The notes under the pieces were generated by a model. It did no database searches, was not told where the DNA came from, and was given only the letters and a program-made list of their open reading frames with translations. This document shows, in pieces, positions 1-12,539 of a DNA stretch of 64,000 bases. This DNA is from Octopus vulgaris (taxonomy: Eukaryota). The translations under genes and the position numbers were made by a program. Numbering within the stretch: position 1 is the first letter of the stretch; the number at the start of each line of letters is the position of its first letter. Location: assembly GCA_951406725.2 (NCBI GenBank), contig OX597814.1:47368001-47432000 (forward strand), given 5' to 3'.

Positions 1-359
1 ACACATTATATACTTTATGCACAATGTTATAGACTTCATACACAGCAATCGAAAAATAAATATTCGCTCTAATTTTGCCATTTTTCCCATTAACAAAAAT
101 AATACCCCATATGATACAACCTTTTGTAAAATTGTCTATATCTTGCCACATGAATAAGCATGAATATTTCACAGACTTGCTCTTATACACATATGTTAAG
201 TGATAAGTGATATAAAAAAATTGGTTCAATTTTTAAAAAATACTCTTTTCACTATCCAATCATCACCACCTCCATCTCCACCACCACCACCATCAACCTC
301 TCACTCCCCCTCTTTCCCTCCTCTCTCTGCCTTTCTTTAACATAATGCCAAACATTTTG

Positions 360-1935
360 GTAATTGCCTCCATGTGGCCCAACACTTGAAAGGTACTCAG
401 CCACTTTGCCTCTGTGAGGCTCAATGTTCAAAAGATGTTCTTTACGTGCCACTGGCACGGGTGCACTTGAATTCATGAGTCCTCTCAAGCACAGCACATT
501 GTCAAAGGTCTCGGTCACCAGTCATTGCCTCTGTGAGGCTCAAAGTTCAAAGATCATGCTTCATCACCTTGTCCCATGTCTTCCTGGGTCAGCATCTACC
601 ACAGTTAGAGATCGGCACTTCTTTACACAGCTATCCTTGTCAATACATATCACATGACCATGCATCTCTTGCACCTCACATCTGATTCCTCTTATGCCCA
701 ACTTTTCTCTCAAGATGCTTACACTCTGTCAAACATGCACACTGACATTGCACATCCTGTGAAGCACACCGGCTTCATTTCTTTCAAGCCTACACATGTT
801 CTCAGCTGCCTAGCCTATATTTCACTGCCATGCAGCATAGCTGTTCACACGCAAGCATCATACAACTTGTCTTTCACTCTGAGAGAGAGGCCCTTTGTTG
901 CCAGCAGGGGTAGGAGCTCTCTGAACTTTGTCCAGCCTAGTCTTATTCTCAGAGCATCCACCTCCACTTCTAACTTGGTCACCAAGATAGCGGAAGCTAT
1001 CTACTACCTCTAGCTTTCCTCCTTACCAGTTGATAGAGTCTATTTTCTGCACATTTTCAGCCACATACAAAAGTTATTTCCCTGTTAACCTTCTTCTGAT
1101 GTTGCTGCACCTTTTATGTGTCCATAACTTACACAAGTTGCATTGTATGAAGTTTCTACCTACACCTTTTCTATAGATTGAGCAGGGCCATCTACCTGAA
1201 GAGATTTGTGATTTGTCTACCTTCCTACTTACTAAGACTTTGGTTTTTGTTAGGATAGCTCTAAGGCCCTTTGTTTCTAGATCTTGCTTTCATGTCTGGG
1301 ACTTCTCTAGCTATAAGAGCTAGGTCATCAGCATAGAGGAGCTCTCAGGGGCAGCCTGTCTTAAATTCCTGTTATTGCCTGGAGAACTATGATGAACAAG
1401 AGTGGGCTGAGCACAGATCCTTGGTGAACCCCTACTTGTACCCTGAATTCTTTGCTGTACTCCTTGCCCACCCTCACTTCACTGATAGCATCCTTGTACA
1501 AGGCTTGTACAGCCCTCACCAATCACTCGTCTATCCCTAGTTTCTGCAATGACCACCAGATAAAGGATTGGGGTACCCTATCAAAAGCTTTCTCCAAGTC
1601 AACAAAAGCCAAATACAGAGGTTCGTCTTTGGCTAGGGATTTCTCTTGCAGTTGCCTTACCAGAAATATAGCATCAGTGGTGCTTCTACTTGGCAAAAAA
1701 CCAAACTGCATCTCATCTAGACTAACTCTCGCCCTAATTAGTTGGGCTATGACTCTCTCTGTATCTTTCATCACCTGATCCAACAATTTTATACCTCTAA
1801 TTATTTCTATCTAAGGCACCACCTTTACCTTTGAGGTAGTTGACTATGGAGCTGCTACACCAGTCATTGGGTATGATTCCTTCATGAATCACCTGATTTA
1901 CAATACAGGGGACTAGACCATAACACACACCTGAT
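360..1935 (-). mobile_element. Degenerate RTE-clade LINE, ORF2 (RT and C-terminus), 5'-truncated
   Basis: Minus-strand translation gives QFGF..RSTTDAIF..RQLQEK..YLAFVDLEKAFDRVP (1523-1786), VGVHQGSVLSP (~1404-1435), ELLYADDL (~1321-1345) and an RPRKTWDKVMKHD-type C-terminus (~555-590). Stops and frameshifts are present. Confidence 0.92.
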
Positions 1936-2212
1936 GGGCCAGGGTGGGGGTGGCTTTGACTGTCTATTCACTCTCCCTGCCACCAACCAACAACCAACTT
2001 GTTACATTCCACCACTATACCCCTCTTTGTCTTTATCTACCACTCCCTACTGCTCTCTCTCCATCTCCTGTTATTCTTTTGTCACCTTATCTTTCTCTCT
2101 CATTCTCTTACCCTCTCTACTATTTCTCTACCACCCCTTCCAACTTGGCACACTTGTACCAATCTTTTTATTCTGTTCTCTTTTTTTCCCTCCTGCTCCT
2201 TTCACTCTGGTT

Positions 2213-2245
2213 TCTCTCTCTCTCTCTCTCTCCCTCTCTCTCTCT

Positions 2246-2297
<52 letters not shown>
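2213..2297. repeat. (CT)n microsatellite
   Basis: Read directly. Similar (CT)n tracts occur at 27889-28085, 36272-36349, 36667-36757, 50133-50227 and 52908-52985. Confidence 0.97.
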
Positions 2298-2299
<2 letters not shown>

Positions 2300-4059
2300 A
2301 GACAATATAGGGGACAGGAATTTTTACTTAAGTTTCATCAGGAATGAAATAAGCTCTCAGGTGCAGATGAATGGAGATAATATAGGGTAGAAAGAACTTT
2401 TTAGTTTTGCCAAGAACAAGACAACCTCTCTAGTGCTGGTGCCATAATAAAATGCATATGACACTCTCTGAAAAGTGATTGGCAATAGAAAGGGAATCCA
2501 TGCTAAAAGTGGAACATACAATCAGGCATAGTCTTCCAGTCATTTAAGAAGACTCCAAATAAAAATTAAATCAGACTATGACATCATACTAGCAGAGAAA
2601 AGGTGGATGTAAAATAAATGTGGTGAAGATGATAATACCTGGATTACATGTTACTTCTTACCTGATCTTTAATGTAGATGAAAATTGTGTGAAGCTTTTA
2701 ACTGTGAAGCTCTGTATATATCAACTTATCTTTTTTTTTTAAATCCTGTAGTCTTTTTAAATCCATCACAAGCTATTAATCTATTCCTAGTTTCCTTGGT
2801 GACCATGAAATAATAAAGCAAATATATCCGATGTTAACATCTTTGAAATTCTAACAGAACTTTAAATTTATTTTCATTGAATCAAAACAATGAAATTTTG
2901 CTGTTTATATATTATCTGTGAGGGAACCTATACCTGGTTGATTGGCCTGTTATAAAACTCCTTCAAACCACTCTCTATTATCTTAGAAAAGAACTCAAAA
3001 GATAATGTGATCAAGAGCACACATCGCTTGAGGAGAAAGAGGACGGTTACAGACAGAACTTGTTTGGTTATCAGTCTTCTCCGTTTGAGCTGATTTGGGT
3101 CTAAACAATAACAATCTATAGTTACTAGGTTTTCCATATCCAAGCTTTTGGAATATTTAAATAACCATTTTATGTTATTTCCTGTTATATAATTGCCATT
3201 TATATAAAATAGTAGTAGTTATGTCACAAATTGTCTGTCCAGTTATATTTCTGTGAACATCAAGACAGTTTGACAGATTCTATTACATATATGTTTAATA
3301 AATGAATGGTAGAGAAGGAAGAGGAGGATGTGAGCTTTTGTGAACTGCCACCAGTAGTTCTATCATTTTATTTGAATCAAAAGCTAACTGTAGACCTATG
3401 TCTGTTTCTCTTCTATAGCACACACAGATCAAAGCTTTACTGACAACTCACACAGAAATGTGTTAGATCCTCTAAGTACACAATATCAAATATCAAAGTG
3501 ATTCACTTCACTGTGTCCTTTACATGTTAATTATATGATGAATGGAAAAAGAAAAACAAAATACATTCCCTGCATTGGCATATTCCTGGCAACTTCATTG
3601 AATTGAAATATTATCTCTACACACCTTCCTTCACTACAGCTAGAGTAATGAAAATGCGGAGGAAAACAACAGTTAAATGTGCAGTTGTGTGTGTGCGTGT
3701 GTATGTGTGTGTGTGTTATTAAGGGTGCTCTTTAGTCATGAAACCGAGAATTTACTCATTGGCAATAACATTTTTTGTTGTTTTTGTTTTGTGTTTTTTT
3801 GAAACCTTTAGAGTCTTATTAATGTACTTGAATCATATTAAAATGTCATCTCGAGCAAACTTGAACCTTACTCGTGACTTTTATGAGGCAGTATCAAAAG
3901 TTGGTGTATTAACAAATGGACATAGTGTGAAATTACTAATTATAGAAACGTGTGGGGTGGGGCTTTCATGGTGTCCTTTGTAAAAACACTAGTTGCTAGA
4001 GCTTAGTCTGAGATTTTTACACACACACACACACACACAACAAATATACATAGACAATG

Positions 4060-4233
4060 TGTTTCTGCTCGATCTGTAGAAAAGGTGTAGGTAGAAACTC
4101 TATAAGATGTACCCAGTGTAAGCTATGGACACATAAGAGGTGCAGCAATGTCAAAGGTAGGCTAACTCTTCGGGCTTCCCAGACCCCAGTTGAACCGTCC
4201 AACCCATGCTAGCATGGAAAGCGGACGTTAAAC

Positions 4234-4266
<33 letters not shown>
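4060..4266 (+). mobile_element. Internally deleted RTE LINE copy (Cys/His finger segment joined to the 3' tail)
   Basis: 4067-4167 translates CSICRKGVGRNSIRCTQCKLWTHKRCSNVKGRL, homologous to 1080-1190(-). It is followed directly by GGCTTCCCAGACCCC...GGACGTTAAAC(GAT)n. Confidence 0.85.
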
Positions 4267-4268
<2 letters not shown>

Positions 4269-5399
4269 ATAATAGAAAAGACAACCATCATAAAAAGTGA
4301 GTGATGGGGAAAACACCTTTCAATCTTCATAATGGGCAACATATTCAGCTGTACAAAGAATAAATGTTAGATTATGAGAAAATAAAAAAGATTGCATAAA
4401 AAATAACAAAAGAAAAGTGAAAACGCTTGAAAAATAATAAAAAAAATCTATTAAGAAATGAAAACTGTAAATCTAAGGAAAGGGGATAGAAGGAAGTGAA
4501 AAATATTGGGAAATATCAAAAAAATTTGTAATTTTAACACAAACGTGTTGATTGCGCTTTTCAGAACTTAAACCCATTCGCTTTACAATACAAAAAGTCA
4601 ACTGCACTCTTGAGATATGAAGTAGCTTCTTTTGTTTTATGTAAAACAATTTGTTCACAAGGCTTATGTTGTTGTTATTGTTGTCATTGGTTAAATTGTA
4701 GTTGTCATTGTTGTCAGAGAAGTCTTCAATAATTTGCGACTTTATACACACAACCATTTAATACTTTTTTAACGTGATGTTGCTGCAACATAACCCTCAA
4801 CGACTTGGCCGGCTTTAACATCATATGCCTTGAATGTTTGGTGCCACTGTCGTGTTAATAATGTAGGTGTTCTGTGAGCTATTTGTATTTTGTTTATATC
4901 CATTTGCTATACCGTATAGTTGTGTTGTGTGTTTGTGTGGGATAGAATGGATATAACTTGATAAATTAGTGCTGGTGTGGTTGTTAATGTTGAGTGCTGG
5001 TGTTGTTGCTTTGTTTGCACAGTTTTAAAGCGCAAAAACAACTTACTGGATGTATCATTTATTGATATATTTCTCATAAGCCATTGTTAAAAAACTTTGT
5101 ACATGTTGAGTAACTAATGTAAAAGCTTCCTCACTGGTTTGCTTAGTTCAGTGCTGAAATATCACAGCAGGATATTAGTGTGTCTTAAAAGATGTTCCAC
5201 TAACTCCTTTCAATCTATATATTAAAGGGTAATATCTGCTGCAGTAGTTATATTATTAAATTATTGATCTAGGCAAATATTAGTCTCTATGATATTTTGG
5301 GTGGGGGTCTGGTGGAAAGGATTATGCTGTAATTATGTTGTTGTTTTTTTCGCAGATCTTCCAAGACTAGGGAGAATAATGGTGTGAACATTTGAATAG

Positions 5400-6420
5400 T
5401 TACAAGTTAATGACTGCATAAAAAAAAATAAGCATGTACATGGAGAGAATCTAATGAGATGACTTTCTAAGAATGAAGGGTTAGGCCTCATAGTTAGTGT
5501 GAATATTATGGGTGATGAGACGGAGAGAGCTAAAGGAATTAGAAGTGTCTAAATGGAAGCAGGATGGGGTCAGCCAGTTTCAAGGAGCAGATGCAGCAAT
5601 AGTTAGTGATAGAAAAGGCAGAGGCAGGGGACATCACATGTGTGGGTCAGAGGTTGGAGTATGTTTGTGAATGAGTTCATTTCAACAATCTTTGTATGTG
5701 TTCAACAGTATCTGTATGTGTAAGAGCAGCACCATACCAGATATGGGAATAGTACTTTATTGTCAATGTCAACTGAGCTTTATAGAAAGTTAGTAGTAGT
5801 TGGAGAGCTGAAATATTTTTGAGTTTAATGGAATGCCTGTCTTTGTAAGGCAGCTCTCGCTATGTTGACCAAGTGCATTTAGCAGGAGAGATCCTCAGTG
5901 ATGATGATACCGAGCATCTGATGCAATCATGAAGGTTCTTGTTGCATACTGTTTAGAGAAAGTGTGATGTAATAATGATTTATTTAATGTGCAGTGATTG
6001 TATCATTTTACTGTTGAAGGAGACAAGGTTGGTGTAATCCTAATGAAGTATATTTTCCAGATCTCTTATTCATGGAGTTGGTACAAAGTTGGTATGAGGT
6101 TTCTAGCTTTTCATATGGATGGTACTTCAGTGCAAAACATTTGCGGAGTAAAGAGGGTGTCATTTATGTAAGAGGGGGTTTTGTTGGATGTGATGGCAAT
6201 TAAATCATTGATGTTTAAGAGGAAGGAAGATGGGGGCAAAATCATAATCTGAAGCATACTAGAGTTGATGCAGTGCGAGTCAAAGAGGGCTGTATTAGTA
6301 CAGGTCATGATAGTACAGTGTGACAGGATGCTACCAATCCTAGAGATAAGTCATATATCAAGCTCATAGGCATGCAAACATAGGTCAAAGCTTTGATAAA
6401 ATATACAATCAGCCACATTT
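5400..6420 (-). mobile_element. Highly degenerate CR1/Jockey-group LINE RT fragment
   Basis: ORF 6111-6308(-) LPPSSFLLNINDLIAITSNKTPSYINDTL resembles the LSPxLFLxxINDL...SYADD RT motifs. Boundaries are approximate. Confidence 0.55.
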
Positions 6421-7254
6421 AGCAGTTATACAGATGATTAGTGATACTGAAGTCAAACATTGTTGTCTATACACTCAACAAGATTTGGACACCATCCATA
6501 ACAGGGTGAATAAAAACATATCATTTGATGCCACAAGATTCCATATTCTCTGTCATAGACAGGATTACTTGAAAAAAATGTTCTACCTTTCTCCAAATGA
6601 GGAAACCTATTTGCAAACCTGAGAAGAAACCAGGAGATAAGGAGCGAAATTATGAATGAAGAGGAGCTAGATGGCTACTCATAGTGGAGAAGAGATGGAG
6701 ATGGAAAGAGATAAGAATAGTGATGATGATGTCTCGAGGTGGATCTTCAACCTACAAGATGAGTAGAAATGAGTGGGGACAGAAGAAATGGAATTGGGGG
6801 TAGAGATTGCAAGAGTGTATGGGAGAGTGAAAGATGGGGAATCAGTGAGGGGATGAATATAAAGAATGAAGAACAAGTGTTGAAGGATGAAGTAGGGAAG
6901 ATATGGAAGAGAAGGTGGCTAGTGTATACATTGGATAGGGGGTGGGGGATAACAAATGATGCATGAGAATAAAGAACAGCAGAATAGTTAGGATGATACA
7001 GCAAACAGGGCAAGGATGAGAGAAAGAGAGATATTGGGTAAGTTGCTAGAGTAAAAGCTGGAAGAGAGAGAGAGAGGCAGGTGTAGTGTATGTGGAAGTT
7101 AGAAATGTATGATGGAGGAGAAGGAAATCAAGTGAAATGGTTCCTGTTAGTGAGAAGAATCAGTAGTGTGAAGGAGATCCTAAAGTTAGAGAGATGATGA
7201 CTGGTGAGGATGTCTCAAGGAGAAAATTAGGCAATGTATCTGTATATAAATACG

Positions 7255-8392
7255 TTCACACAGCTCTTCCTGTTGTCTTGGTCCTTTGTTATCGTTGTGA
7301 GGTCCAAGGCCCTGAGATCAGCCTTTACCACTTTATCCCATGTCTTCCTGGGTTTTCTTCTGCAAGCTCCATCCACATCAAGTGATCCGCAATTGTCAAT
7401 ATAACTGTCCTTATTCTTATGTATTATATGTTCATACCAGCACAGTCTTCTTTCCTGCACACTAAACCTGATTCCTCTTATGCCCAGTGTTTCTCTCAAC
7501 ACATTTATATTATGTCATTCATGCACACTTACATTGCACATCCAGTGCAGCTTGCATACTTCATTTCTTCCCAGTCATCTCAAGTCCCCTGCATTCAAAA
7601 CCATGCCTCACTACCATGCAGCATTGCAGTTATAACACAAGCACCATACAATCTGCCCTTCATCTGAAGGAAAATACTTTTGTTGCTAGCTGTAGCAGTA
7701 TCTCACTGAATTTTTTCCAACCTGTTTTTACCCAGGCTATTATACTTGCAAAGCAACCACCTCCTCTCTCTAGTTACATCTCCTATATATCAAAGTCTAT
7801 TGACTAATAGTAAGGCATCTGGACATTTAAGAGAATCTATTTCCAATGTGTTCTAAGTACATACTCCTCCAGTGATTCTATTATATAAGAAGCTTACATT
7901 CTCTCTTATTCTGATTCCACTATATCTCTTGTGTCTCCATATCTTATATTGGATACAACATTATGGAGTTTTTAGCTACTCCTTTTCTCTATACTGAGCA
8001 AGACCACTTTCCCTGAAGATGTCAGGATCATGTCTTATTTCCTTAAAACATTAAGTATTTGCTAAGTTTACCTTAAGACCTCTTGATTCTAGGTTTATCT
8101 TCCATGCCTAGAATTCCCATTCTAATTCCCCTATAAATTCAGTTCTGAAAATTAGATCATCAGCATATAGGACTTCCATAGACAGTCCATCTTAAACTCC
8201 TCTGTGATGGCTAGTAGGACTAGATGGATAAGAGAAGGCTAAGGATTGAGATTTCATAAACTCCTACCTCCATGCTAAATTCATCATTGAAACCATTGTT
8301 GATTCTCACTTTGCTTACTACATTATTGTACATAGCTTGTACATCCATCACAAACTATTAATCTATACCTAGTTTCCTTGGTGACCATGAAA
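7255..8392 (-). mobile_element. Degenerate RTE-clade LINE (RT to C-terminus)
   Basis: EVLYADD at ~8156-8177(-). ORF 7227-7502 reads LGIRGIRFSVQERRLCWY..RKPRKTWDKVVKADL. Homologous to 360-1560. Confidence 0.88.
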
Positions 8393-8826
8393 TTACTATC
8401 AGACAACTTCTATGTGAATTTCATTATTATGTTAGTGATACAAATTTTTTTAAATAGATCTTCATCATCATCTCCATCAGTGTTTTAACACTCACTTTTC
8501 CATACTTGCATGAATAAGATGAGACTAAGTTGGAATGGTTTCTATGGTTGGATACCCTTCAAGCAAGATAATAATTTAGTCTTTCAAATGAAAAACAGCC
8601 TGGACATGGTTATGTAGAAAACTGGAAAAAATACCATTTAAATGAGCTGTCTGATTACAAAGACCAAGCAACATGCTAAGGCATGTGAAAAAATTGGAAT
8701 ATGCTTTCAGAGTGGACTGCAAGCATTGTATGAACAGTGAGGCTGTTGTTTACAGACAGTGAACTCAAGGGAAGGCAGAAAGAAAACATAAACTCATTCA
8801 CACAAATACGCTCACATACGCACAGG

Positions 8827-8866
<40 letters not shown>

Positions 8867-8959
8867 AGGCCTTTTTCAGTTTCTGTCTGTCAATTTCACT
8901 CATAACATATCGGTTGACTCTTAGTTATAGAAGAGAATAGCAGCCAACAGCATCCATGA

Positions 8960-9681
8960 AGTGAAATCTAATCTTTACCTTCATGGTTCTGAAGTAAACA
9001 TCTTAACCATAACAGCCTTGCCTGCAGGGATACTGGCTTCCCATTCAAAAGTAAGGACTCTGACTTCAAAGGAATTTTTGAAACAAGAAGCAATGGCAGC
9101 AAATGAAAAATATAAGCATAACAACAAGCTGGATATCTCAATTTCCATTGAGTTGGATATTTTAATTTTGGAGTCATTGTCTAGTGATAGCAACTCCAAC
9201 AGCATTATTGAAAATAACAAAGAATTTATTTCAGAAATACAATGGGGTGAAATTTTTTTTTAATGTTTCTCTTTGAAAATTGTTCAAAAGAAACCAGATT
9301 CACAATATTTCCAGTGACTTGGAACTGATTATTTCCTTTTATTTTTTCCCTGCTGAAATGTTTCTAGATGATAACCACAGAAACAAATTGTTATGCAGAA
9401 CATCATCATTATCATTGTTTCAATGTCTCTACTTTTTCATGCTTGCATAGATCAGAGGGAATTCATTGAGGTAGATTTTCTATGGCTAGATGCCTTTCCT
9501 GTTACCAACCCACACCTGTTTCCAAGCAACATAATATTTCCTCATGGCTTGACATGTGTTTCATGGAAGACTGCAAATGAACATTGCTTGTGTGACATTG
9601 ATGCTGGTTTATAACCATTATGTGATGGCAAGACAGGGATACAAGCGCACGCACACATGCATGTGCACGTACACACAAACA

Positions 9682-9716
<35 letters not shown>

Positions 9717-10749
9717 GACAGGCATTTTTCAGTTTCCATCTACCAAAACCACTCACAAGGTTTAGGTTGGTCCAAAGCTATAGTAGAAAATACCTGGTGA
9801 GGTGCTGTGGAATGGGATTGAACCTAAAAATTACATGGTTGGGAAGCAAGCTTCTTGATCATGCAACCATTCCTGGAAAGCAGATAGTTTTTCATTGATG
9901 CTGCAATACAATTAAGAGCAGGTTAAAAACGAAACACTGTTCAGAGAAAATCAAAAGCATATCAAAGAGATATCCTTCTGAATTCAGCTAATCTCCTAAA
10001 TTAGAAAAAGAAAAAAAAATGGTCACAAGAGACTGTGATGAATGAGAATGCCAACATTGGAAAGGAAAGCTACTACATGACTCTCAATTAAAATATATTT
10101 CCAAAGTGCATTCCACAAGGTTGAATTATGTAGAATATGATGCTTTACAACTCTCCATGAAAGAAATATGACTTAATTTGTGTATATATGATTTAATTTT
10201 ATAAAATATCTCATTTTCAAATTTACCATGTTTTCAAACTTTTATTATATTTATCTAATAATTTTACTTGTGAATCTATTCATTATCCTTTATGTGTATG
10301 TGTGTGAATTTTGTTTGTTTGTTTTTTTTTTTTATTATTCTTTTAGTTTTCTGCAAACATTTGATACATTCTAGCATTTCATGCTCTTTTACCTTCATGA
10401 TGCAACTGTTTTTATATGTAATCATATTCAATTAAAAATCAAAACATTTGTACACATCCTGTATACTGCAGCTAGCTAATAACATATTTTATATAGTGTT
10501 GTCTAAACAAAATTTAACTAATTTTACTAAATTTACTTGTATTTAGAATGGTTTTGAAACAAAATTCTTGAACCGGTTTATGTAAAAACCTTTATTTATT
10601 CAGCTGTGTTCCAAACACCACATTCGCTTACAAAAGGCAAAAAAAACATTATGGTTGTTTTAGGGAACCATAAGAATTTCCTGTATTTTAGAATGTAATT
10701 GAAACACAAAGTGGTGTATTTTGGTGAGAGAAATACAGTAACAAAAGGG
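8960..10749 (+). mobile_element. piggyBac-like transposase relic, interrupted by a SINE
   Basis: An acidic/Ser-rich N-terminal region, then TDYFLLFFP (frameshift) MITTETNCYA at ~9324-9398, a CF..LH C-terminal remnant at ~10141, and a TIR-like end GTAACAAAAGGG+TTAA at 10738-10753. Confidence 0.5.
9400..9875 (-). mobile_element. tRNA-derived SINE with internal (CA)n and RTE-like (ATG)n tail
   Basis: The head is homologous to 41400-41548. The tail region TTTTTCATGCTTGCAT...CATCATCAT reads on the plus strand. Confidence 0.75.
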
Positions 10750-11689
10750 TTAAACATGACAACGCATGAATTATTTAAATCAATATATAGTACTTCCAGT
10801 CCGTTTTGCTTTGATCTTTCAACAGCAAAGAGTTTCATGGGCTGCCTTTTTTCCTTTTTTTTTTTTTTTGTAAAGGCACTTCATAGGAAAGGGCTTTTCA
10901 TGTGTTGCCTTTCAACTTGATCTCTCCTATATTATGTTATATCTGGGTCTATTACCATTACTTCTGCCATTGTTGTGTATTTTAGGCTTGACTATTTCTA
11001 TTCACATCACATGAAAGATCTTTATTTCATATGAGTATTTAATTCATTTACTTTTTTATCAAGTTAATTTTAATCATGTACTTACCTGACTTCCTTGTTA
11101 GTGATATGCAATTTTTAACACATGCATGCTTTTACACCTCAGGTTCCAATTTTTGTACAGTTGGTTTCATTTTTCCCTAAAAGGGTTTCCGGTTAAATGC
11201 CTTTGTTATTTATGACTAAGAGAACCCAGCATTGGTTGGCCACTCCTTATACTGAAGTGTGCAGGGGAGAACTAATACAGTAGAGGATTGTTTGAATTGA
11301 CTGCTAAACAAAGTGGGATAGGACAGTGATGATTTTATAGATATGTTCTGAAAGTGGGGTAAGACACCTACCTATATGTAAGGACCTTGTCAATTTGGCT
11401 AGGTAATAGAAACATTTTATAGAGATTGTAGATATCTGAAGATATCTACAAGTGGGAAAACCGTTCTTGATTTCATAGCTGTAATGAGCTAACAGTAATA
11501 AGGAATTGGCAGACCTCATGAAGTCATTCTCCCACCCTAATAGGGAAAGCTTCTATCCCCTATCCTTCACAAAAATCTGAAAGCTTCTGGATTAAAATAA
11601 GTGTATCATGTTATTTCTATTAAATTATACGTTATACTGGATAAAATGAAAAATTACTATTTATTCCTATTTTCATCATACAGAGGCAG

Positions 11690-12180
11690 ATAAAGCAATT
11701 GTAGTAGATAAAGTGATTTAGGACATCGCAAATCCATCTGGGATGCTTGTGGAGATGCTCAAAATATCTAGTGAAGTAGAATACGTGATTACCACCTGGT
11801 TATTTACATAAGAACATATCATACCCAATGACTGTCATAGCAGTACCATCATAAACTGCTACAAAGGTATAAGAGATGCTTTAGGGAGAGGAAATTATAG
11901 AGGAATTAGACTACAGGATCAGATTATAAAGATCATGGAGAGAAAAATTAGGCATAAAGAGAATTAGATATAGTGTGCAAGAAAGAAGGCTGTACTAGTA
12001 TGGAGATGATGTGTGTGGATGAGAACAGCTGTATAAAGAAGCATCAATCACTTATGGAGCTTGCAGAATAAGAAGACCCAAGAAGACATGGGAGAATGTG
12101 GTAAAGGTTGATTTAAGGTCCGTGACCCTCACAGAGATGATAAATGGGATAACTTGTGATATGCAGTTCTCACTGCATAT
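11690..12180 (+). mobile_element. RTE LINE fragment with the RT core deleted
   Basis: EMLKIS..IPND..STIINCYKG.RDAL.RGNYRGIRL.DQ is fused directly to the C-terminal IRYSVQERRLY..RRPKKTWENVVKVDL. Confidence 0.8.
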
Positions 12181-12539
12181 TTCAGTAAGACTGAAATTCT
12201 GGAAGTATAACATTTACACCTAGGGGTACCCCCACCCAATTTTATCCTCCACCAAGCTCCCCAACCCATCATCTCACTAATTGCATACTTCAAAACCTTC
12301 TCCCTGATATCACTTATCTTTTTCATTACTTGGAACCATTTTACTTGATATTCATCCTTCATTCTTAATACTGTTCTCCTCACCCAAAGTTCACATTGAC
12401 CACCCTTCAATGTTGCCAGATTCATTTTGAATTTTTCCATCATTTATTAACTCTTCATTCATAATTCTTAAACAAATTATTAATATCCAAGTTATCCAAT
12501 CTTTCAGAAACAACTTAGGAAAATTTTCATTATATATCT

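Noticed and set aside
1934-2390. SLSLSL, ERERER, HTHTHT and YIYIYI ORFs here and at 27831-28131, 36216-36877, 50077-50364 and elsewhere
   Set aside because: Translations of dinucleotide microsatellites.
6620-7220. Purine-rich coding exon (ORF 6769-6966)
   Set aside because: Partly homologous to 12240-12535 in inverted orientation, so it is a decayed repeat (probably a LINE endonuclease region), not a host exon.
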